Assembly (NCBI GenBank): GCA_964405685.1
Contig: CAYOOP010000001.1
Span: 124,551-188,550, forward strand
Source of the DNA: an uncultured Rickettsiales bacterium
GTDB taxonomy: Bacteria > Pseudomonadota > Alphaproteobacteria > Rickettsiales > SXRF01
DNA length: 64,000 bases
Direction of reading: 5' to 3'
Notes under the pieces: generated by a model
Database searches by the model: none
What the model was told of the DNA's origin: nothing
The model's input: only the letters and a program-made list of their open reading frames with translations
Part shown: in pieces, positions 19,309 through 28,700 of the stretch
How the letters are laid out: each line of letters begins with the position of its first letter
Numbering within the stretch: position 1 is the stretch's first letter
Position numbers and translations under genes: made by a program

Positions 19309-19719
19309 ATGCTGCGTAAGATTCTAAAACCTCTGCTGATTCTACCAATTCTAGTGGGCATTAGCCTTGGATATTTCTTTGCCAATGCCGCCACGCAAGA
19401 TAATCCAATGACGTATTGTGAAATCGTTGCCACCATATCTTTTAAGCCATCAGAAAAATTTAAAACATATATCAAAAATGGCACTGCACTTGAGCTTTAT
19501 GATCCAGCAAAGCATACAAATATCAAAGAGTTTTATATCCAAAATAACAAGTACGATATTGAGGAAGCCAATTGGTCTTCTAATGGTGATCCTTGCAAAC
19601 TTAATTTAGGAGCTGTTTTAAAAATCTTTGGGTTGATGTTCATATTAAGTTTTGGATTCACTGCCTACTTCTTGAAAGCAATAGTAATTGTTTTTCAAAT
19701 GGTTAAGGCCATATTTTAG
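19309..19719 (+). CDS. Two-TM hypothetical protein, candidate cognate immunity protein
   Basis: RBS aaggggag; N- and C-terminal hydrophobic helices around a polar loop; ends 8 nt before the RTX start; AT-rich like the RTX 5' end. Confidence 0.65.
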   Translation: MLRKILKPLLILPILVGISLGYFFANAATQDNPMTYCEIVATISFKPSEKFKTYIKNGTALELYDPAKHTNIKEFYIQNNKYDIEEANWSSNGDPCKLNLGAVLKIFGLMFILSFGFTAYFLKAIVIVFQMVKAIF

Positions 19720-19727
19720 GGGGATTT

Positions 19728-22700
19728 ATGACCGAAACATTAACAGATCAACGCATTGATAGCATTATAAACAATACGCCTGCAACGTTTGATGTCTCTG
19801 CAAACCCAAATGTTGATAGTCATTATGGAGAATGGAAAGCGCTTCATAGTGTAGGGGCTATACAGGTACAAAATTACACAGACATTATTACTCAAGAAGC
19901 TGCTGCGCAGGGTGTTAGTGGAGACCTTGTAAAGGCAATCATGTATGTAGAATTTGCTCAGGGAGCACTTTACGGCATTCCTGCGCAAGCTGCAGGAGTG
20001 GCTGATTCGCTTTACCCTATGAACATAAAAGGAAGTATATGGCAAGATCTTATACCCGGAGGGGATTTTTCTGACCCAGTAATAAATATCCGTGCAGGTG
20101 TTACATTAATTAAGCGTATTACAGATAGATTAGATAATCCAACAGTTGAAGAAATAGCTACTCTGTATAACAGCACCGGCAGAGAATTAGTTTCTGATTA
20201 TGGTGCTCGCGTTAAAATGGTGAAAGATAATCAATTGTGGCTTGATGCTCAAAACTATCCTAGTGGATACCATGCAGAAACCGCTAGTGAATATTTTGGA
20301 ATCACATCTACTATAGATAATGTTTGGGATTCTATTAAAGTTTTTGATAATCAACTTGCTAGCACAGGACAAACCTTTTTACAAACCATCGCTTTAAACA
20401 TTAGAGACAGTGGTGGATTAGGTGCGGCACTTAAAAATCTTTTTGGTGCTAATGTTAGTGCGAATCCAGAAGTAAACGCCCCCACCAGCTCCACCAACTT
20501 CTTCCAAATCTCGAACTCCGTCGGTCCCAATGCGGGGGAGCAACTCGATCTCAGCCTTACGACGGATTATCTCAACGGTCTCGCCGTCTCCGGCGGCAAT
20601 TGGCAGATTAATCTGCCGGGGAGTATTTTAAACACCAATGGGCTGTTTAATGTTGCGCCCTCCTCCTTCCTTACCGATGGCTGGCGGCCCGGTGCGGGGG
20701 AGATGGCTAACTATAATTTAAGCGGGCAGATCAACAACGCAACCTCCATCTGGAATCAGGCGGGGTATGATTTGTATAACGATACGGTGGGCAGTTTCGA
20801 TGCCTTTGCCACCTCGGCGCTGGGGCGGATTAATAACTATGTGATGGATGCCACCAATCTGCTCAACATTGATCCGCTGGTGCTGGATCTGAATGGCAAT
20901 GGCGTGGAGCTCAAGAGTTACCAGGATGCGAATGTGCTCTTTAATATGGATGCGGATGACTACAAAGAGCAGACGGGGTGGGTCGGTGCGAGTGATGGGT
21001 TTTTGGTGCTGGATAAAAATGGCGACGGCGTCATTAACGATGTCAGCGAGATGTTCTCGGAATATTTTACCTCGGGCGCGAAGAACGGGCTGGCGGCGCT
21101 GGCGACGATGGATAGCAACCACGACGGTGTGTTTAGCGCGGGCGACGCGGCCTATGGCCAGGTGCGCGTGTGGCAGGATGTGAATGGCAATGGGCAGACG
21201 GATGCGGGGGAACTGACGACGCTTGCATCACGCGGCATTACCAGCATTTCGCTTAACGGGACGCCGGGGAATGGCGCGCTGATTGCGGGCAACGAAGTGC
21301 AGGTGACGACGACGATGGTGATGAACGGCACCACGCGCGCGGTGGCGGCAATCAACCTGCTTGCCAACCCTAACGGGCATGAGTGGGATTTGGCGGCGCA
21401 GGGCATAATGCTGCATTCCGAGGCAGGCACTGCGAGCTTTAGCGTCAGCGATGTGAATGGGATGACAGTGAATGTAGCGGCGCTTGGGGTGAGCGGCGCC
21501 TATGGTAACGCCGGGAATGATACGCTGGTTGGCGATGGCACTGCCAACTGGCTGGGCGGCGGCGGCGGGAGCGATACGTTCTCGGGCGGTGCAGGGAATG
21601 ACGTGCTCATCATCGATGCGCAGGATGTGCAGGCCAATATCGATGGCGGCAATGGGTTTGATATTGTGCAGGTGGTCGGCGAGGACGGCGTCAATTTCAA
21701 CTTAAGCCAAGCGCATGTAGAGCTCGCGTATGGCGGTGTGGGCAATGATATTCTAGTTGGTGGTGGCACGACGAGCGTGTTTATCGCGGGCGGGGCTGGC
21801 GACGATATCATCATCGGCAGCGGCGCGAACGATGCACTCTCGGGTAATGATGGCAACGATATGGCCGACGGCGGATATGGCGATGATGTGATTCGTGGTG
21901 GTCGCGGCGACGACTTGCTGATTGGCGGGTTCGGCAACGATATTATGGATGGTGGCCTTGAAGACGATGTGCTGCAAGGCGGCGACGGCAACGATGTGTT
22001 CCTAAGCAGCGGCGGCTCCGACACGGTCGATGGCGGCGCGGGGGCCGACATTGTGCAATTTACAGGAAGCTTCTCGGAATATACGCGCACCACGCTGACG
22101 GATGGCCGCATTGTCATGACTGATCGCGTCGCATCGCGTGATGGTACGGTGACGATGAAAAACGTTGAGTTCTTCAATTTCAAAGACATCAATAATATTG
22201 GTGTGTCCTGGGATGCGCCGATGCCGGCGGACGACACGGTGACGATTAACCCTACCGGTACGCAAACCATTCTTGCATCGACCCTGCTTGCCAATGATGT
22301 CGATTATCAAAACCACACACTTCGCATCACCGGCCTTACCAATACTGTAGGAGGAACTGCAACACTAAATGGTGCTGGCAATGTCGTGTTCACGCCGACG
22401 GCTGGATTTAGCGGTGTCATGTCTTTCCAATATAAAATTGCGGATAGCCAGAATAATCCGGGGTTGACCGCTACTCAGCCGGGCACTGGGCTTTCGGCGG
22501 AAATGAAAGGCACGGTAACATTACAGACAGCGAGCCTTCCCACCGACCCGTTGTTTGGCGCCCAGTGGTATTTGGCCGAGGCCAATATTCTTCCGGTGTG
22601 GAAAAACTATACGGGCAAAGGTGTCACTATCGGTGTGTTTGAGACGGATATTTTCGATTATCAACATCCTGATTTAGCCCCCAACATCGCCACCAACCAT

Positions 22701-25700
22701 CCCAATAGCATCTACCGACCTGAAGATATTGGTTCCCATGCAACGCTGGTTGCCGGCGTGATCGGCGCGGCGCGCAATGGCCAAGGTGGTATTGGTGTTG
22801 CGTATGATGCGAAACTTGCCGCACAGAAATTTGACCTTACAACAAATAGCTATGGCCTACAGGATTTTGTGCATTACGATATTGTCAACAATAGCTGGAA
22901 TGCCACCCCGGCATTTTCGACCAATTTTGCGACCACGCCTCTTGCTCAAGACGTATTGAAAAACGCGGCTGTAAATGGGCGCGATGGGCTTGGTACGATT
23001 ATGGTATTTGCAGCAGGTAATGACCGTGCAGCGGGCGGTGACGCGAATGGTAGCGACCATAACAGCTCACGTTTTAGCATTGAAGTCGGTGCTATTAACC
23101 GGCCTGGGGATGTTGGCGCGCTTGTCACTGCCTCTACACCTTTTAGTAATCCCGGCGCTTCGATTTTAGTATCTGCACCCGGCTCTAACATCACCTCCAC
23201 CTCTCAGCTATTGCAAAATGCCGATGGTGCTAGTTTCGGCGGCGACTATGAAACCGTGCAGGGCACCTCGTTTGCTACACCGATTATTTCCGGTGTCGCT
23301 GCACTAATGCTAGAAGCCAACCCCAATCTCGGCTATCGCGATGTGCAAAAAATACTCGCGTATTCAGCCGTCTCGGTCAACGATCCCAACACCAGTTGGC
23401 AAACCAACGGCGCTGTGGACTGGAACGGCGGCGGCTTGCATGTGAGTCAGGATTACGGTTTCGGCAAAGTAGATGCGCTAGCGGCGGTGCGCCTGGCGGA
23501 AACCTGGAACACCACGCAAACAGCTGCCAATGAAGTAGCAAGTGTCAAGCAAAGCGGAACCGTGCATGCAGCAATTCCCGATGGCGGCAGTATTATGCAA
23601 ATGCTCAATGTGAGCAATTCACTGCAAGTAGAACACGTAGAAGTGCAGCTGACGCTCAATCACACGCAATTGGGTGATCTTATCATTACGCTGATTGCAC
23701 CGGATGGAACGCAAAGCGTATTATTAAATCGAATCGATAAAGCGCTCGGCAGCACCGATGCGGCAGATCGCGGCTATGGCATCATCAACGTGCCGATTTT
23801 GCTGAATAGCACGCATGATTTTGGCCAGAACAGCGTTGGCACGTGGCAATTAAAAATTACCGATGCCGCCGGCGGCCAAGCGGGCACGCTGGAAAGTTGG
23901 GAACTGCGTTTGTACGGACAAGCAACCACTCCCAATAATACTTATATTTACACCAAGGAGTTTGCAACTTCGACAGGATCTTCACGTCAAACGCTAAATG
24001 ATAGCGCAGGCATAGACACTATCAATGCAGCGGCAATTACTACCGCAACCACAATCAATCTCACTGCAGGAAGCAACAGCACCATCGCTGGCCGCACTCT
24101 AACCATTGGCAGCGCCACCACGATCGAAAATATATATACAGGCGATGGCAATGACACCATCACCGGCAACGGCACTGATAATATACTAAACGGCGGTCGC
24201 GGTAATGATATTATCAACGGTGGTGGCGGTAACGATACTATCACCGGTGGTATGGGCAACGATACCCTTACCGGTAGCACAGGTGCCGATATTTTTGTTA
24301 TCAACAAGGAAAGCGGTGCAAGCGATATCGTCACCGATTTCAGTGCCGCTTCGGGTGATATCATTAGCGTACAGGGGTTCGAGAGCACTTACGGTTTTGC
24401 AAACTTGGTGCGCACGCAATCAGGCAGCAATGCCCTCGTTACATTGCAAAACGGTCAAACCATTGCGCTGAATAATGTTACCGCCAGCGCGCTTACCGCT
24501 GCAAATTTTAATTTTGGAAATGTGCTGCTTGGAACCACAGGGACCGACACATTAAACGGTACGTCAGGTGACGATATTATCAAAGGCATTAGCGGCGCGG
24601 ACATTTTAAACGGTGCTGCCGGGAATGACACGATTGTTGCGGGTGCCAACGCCAGCACGATCAATGGCGGCGATGGTAATGACATTCTCAAAGGCGGTGC
24701 CGGCAATGATGTGATCCTCGGCAATAACCATAATGATACGATCTATGGCAATGCTGGCAATGACACCATTACAGGCGATGACGGTATCGATAAAATCTAT
24801 GGTGGCGATGGTAATGACACGATCGACGGCGGCATTGGCAACGATATTATTTACGGTGGTAATGGTGTTATCAGCGACTTTAATAGCACCTTAAATAATG
24901 AATCCACTGAAAGCGATACCATTCATGGCGGCGTGGGTGATGATATCATCCATGGCGCCGGCGGGAACGACTTGCTCTACGGTGACGACGGCAACGATAC
25001 GATCTATGCCGGTAATGGCGGCGATACGGCAGACGGCGGAAATGGGAACGACACCTTATACGGCGGTATCGGCGGCGACACGATCAATGGCGGCGCAGGG
25101 AACGATAGCATCCATGGCGAATACGCCGTTACAGATACGGTCGGCAGTGATGATGTCATCCACGGAGACGACGGTAATGACATTATTGCCGGTGGCGGCG
25201 GCAACGATGTCATCTATGGCGATGCGGGGGATGATGATATTACCGGGGGGCTAGGAAACGATACGATCTATGGCGGTACAGGTAATGAAAATTATATGTG
25301 GGGTGATACTGGTATTGCAGGAAACCCAACCGGCTCCGATCGTTTTGTTATTACGCCTCGCTACCAAGCCAATACCGACGTTATTTGGGACTTCGATAAC
25401 AGTGATCAAAATGAGCGTGTTGATCTTTCAGCGTTTAATCTCACGACCGGTGATTTCAATTCGCGCATCTGGGTAGTGTCGGGAGTCAATTATACGGTGC
25501 CTGATTCGAACGGCGTTGTTCAAACTTATACCGCGACTGATATTTTTATTCGTGACACCGCAGGTAGCATCAATTTCTCAACGGTCTTCAGCGATCCGCA
25601 TTTTCAGGTTGTCACATTAATCAACGTTTCAACGCTGTATGCGTACCAGTTGCTACTTACCACCCATGATGGTCCTTACTGGGGCACCACTGCTGTGAAT

Positions 25701-28700
25701 AGCATTACCGGCTCTGACGACAATGATATCATCTACGGAAGTGACGGTGATGATACGCTGCTCGGCCGCTATGGTCAGGATCGTCTGTACGGTGGTGCAG
25801 GTAATGATACGCTAGTAGGCAGCTATGGTGTGGATGTGCTTGACGGCGGTGCTGGCAATAACTGGGCGGACTTTTCCGATTCGTTTGCAGGTGTTGTAGT
25901 CAATCTGACTAGTGCTGTACAAAATGCCGGCACGTCCATTGCCAATGCTGCATATGGCGATACGCTCATCAACCTCCAAAACGTTTATGGTTCCCAAGCA
26001 AACGATAGCATCACCGGCGATGCAAACGATAATATATTAGATGGCTTAACCGGCGCTGATACATTAAACGGCGGCGCAGGAAAAGATACGGCGGAGTACA
26101 CCTATTCCGCTTCTGCCGTGACGGTGAATCTTACGACAAATGTAAATTCCGGTGGTGACGCGCAGGGCGATGTTCTTTCCAATATCGAAAACCTCATTGG
26201 CTCGAATTTCAACGATACGTTAACGGGTACATCAGCCAACAACACCATTGAAGGCGGCGCGGGCGCTGATACCATCAACGGTGGCGCAGGTATCGATACC
26301 GCATCTTACGCAGGTTCTACAGCTGGGATAACGGTCAATCTCACACTAACCACGATGCAGTCGGGAGGGGATGCACAAGGAGATATGCTCTCCGGGATCG
26401 AACATATCATTGGTTCTAGCTTTAACGACACGCTAACGGCGCTGGCTGCTGGAAGCACCTTAGATGGTGGTGTCGGAAGCGACACACTTAATGGCGGCGC
26501 AGGTAATGATACATTGATCGGCGGTGCTGGTGCCGACACTATGAACGGCAGTGGCAGCGTGGATACTATCTCTTATGCAAGCTCTAGCGCGGGGATTAAC
26601 GTGAACTTAGCGCTTACGACCGCCCAATCCGGTGGCGACGCCCAAGGTGATATTCTTTCCAGTATCGAAAACCTCATTGGCTCAGCGTTTGATGATGCCT
26701 TGGCTGGCAGTTCTGCTGCCAATACCATCAACGGCGGCGCGAGAAATGACACTATTTCTTACTCTAATTCAACGGCAGCAGTAAATGTCAACCTCGACCT
26801 TACAACCGCACAGTCAGGTGGATTTGCGGCAGGTGATATTCTCTCCAACATCGAAAATGTCATTGGCTCTAACTTTAATGATACTCTGACCGGAACCGCA
26901 GCTGCTAACAATATCAACGGTGGCACTGGAATTGATATTATCTCTTACGCCAATTCCGCTGCAGCGGTAAATGTAAATCTGACACTAACCACCGCACAAG
27001 CAAGTGGTTATGCTCAAGGCGATATTCTCTCTAATATTGAAAACCTCACCGGCTCTAATTTTAATGACATACTAACGGGTAGTGCTGTTGCTAACACCAT
27101 CAATGGCGGTGCAGGCAACGATACATTGGATGGTGGAAATGGGAATGATACGCTGACAGGGGGTACAGGTGCGGATGTATTCATCCTCCAGAAAGAAGCC
27201 AATGCGCGCGATGTGATTACCGATTTTAGCATCAGCACGTCCGGCGAAAAAATCAGTCTCTTAGGTTTCACAGCAGCGATTAACTTCACAAATTTAGCCA
27301 TCTCTCAACAGGGTGCTGATGCAGTTATCACCCTGGAGAATGGCCAAACGCTTACGCTAAGCAACGTCACCGCGAGTACGCTTACAGCGGCAAGCTTTGG
27401 GGAAAGCGGTGCCCTTATCGGCACGGCGGGAGATGATATTCTCACCGGCACTAGCGGTAATGATACAATGCAAGGGCTAGATGGAAATGATATTATAACC
27501 GGCCGTGCAGGCGCAGATACGCTGGATGGCGGTGCGGGCGTAGACACGCTGTCGTACTCCGATTCTGCCAGCGCGGTGAATGTGAACCTGGCAACGGGCG
27601 CAGCTTCCGGCGGGGATGCGCAAGGCGATGTTATCACCAATTTTGAAAACCTGACCGGTTCCGGCTACAACGATACACTAGTCGGCAGCATGGTTGCCAA
27701 CATGATCAATGGGGGTGCGGGTGTGGACCTTGTATCGTATCTCGATTCAACGGCCGGCGTAAGTGTCAACCTTGGGCTTGCCACGGTGCAGAGTGGCGGT
27801 TCTGCTGCGGGTGATATGCTTTCTAACATCGAAAATCTCACCGGTTCTAATTACAGCGACACGCTGACAGGAAATGCGGTCGATAACATCATCAATGGCG
27901 GTGCAGGCAACGATAACATCAACGGCGCGGCGGGGAACGATACCATCAACGGCGGCGATGGGGATGACATATTAAACGGCGGTACGGGTGCAGATAACCT
28001 TACTGGCGGCAATGGTATCGACACTGCGTCTTATTCGGCGTCAGCCGCAGCGGTGACAATCAACCTCACGACTAACGTAAACACTGGGGGCGATGCGCAA
28101 GGGGATTTACTTTATACGATCGAGAATCTGACTGGTTCTGCGTATAACGACATCATTACTGGCAGCGCTGCTAATAACGTGCTGCTGGGCGGCGCGGGTG
28201 CGGATACGCTGGATGGTGCTGGCGGCATGGATACCGTATCTTACACGGGTTCCAATGCGGCGGTTGTGATTGATCTTGGGCTTGCGACCGCGCAATCCGG
28301 CGGCCACGCGGCGGGTGATATTTTGAAGAACATCGAGAATATTCTCGGCTCGGCGTATAACGATACGCTGAATGGCACGTCTGCCGCCAACACGCTCGAC
28401 GGCGCGAGTGGTGTGGATGTGGTTTCATATGCAGGGTCGAACGCTGCGATAAATGTGAACCTGGCGCTAACCGGTGCACAAACCGGGGGGCATGCGCAAG
28501 GAGACATTCTTTCAAATGTCGAGGGTCTTATTGGCTCGAATTACAACGACACGCTGGGCGGAAGTTCTGCTGTCAACGTGCTGGATGGCGGTGTTGGCGT
28601 AGATACGGTTTCGTATGCTAATTCCAGTGCTGCTGTGACCGTGAACCTCACGCTGACCACCGCACAAACGGGCGGATTCGCGCAAGGGGATATTCTCAAG

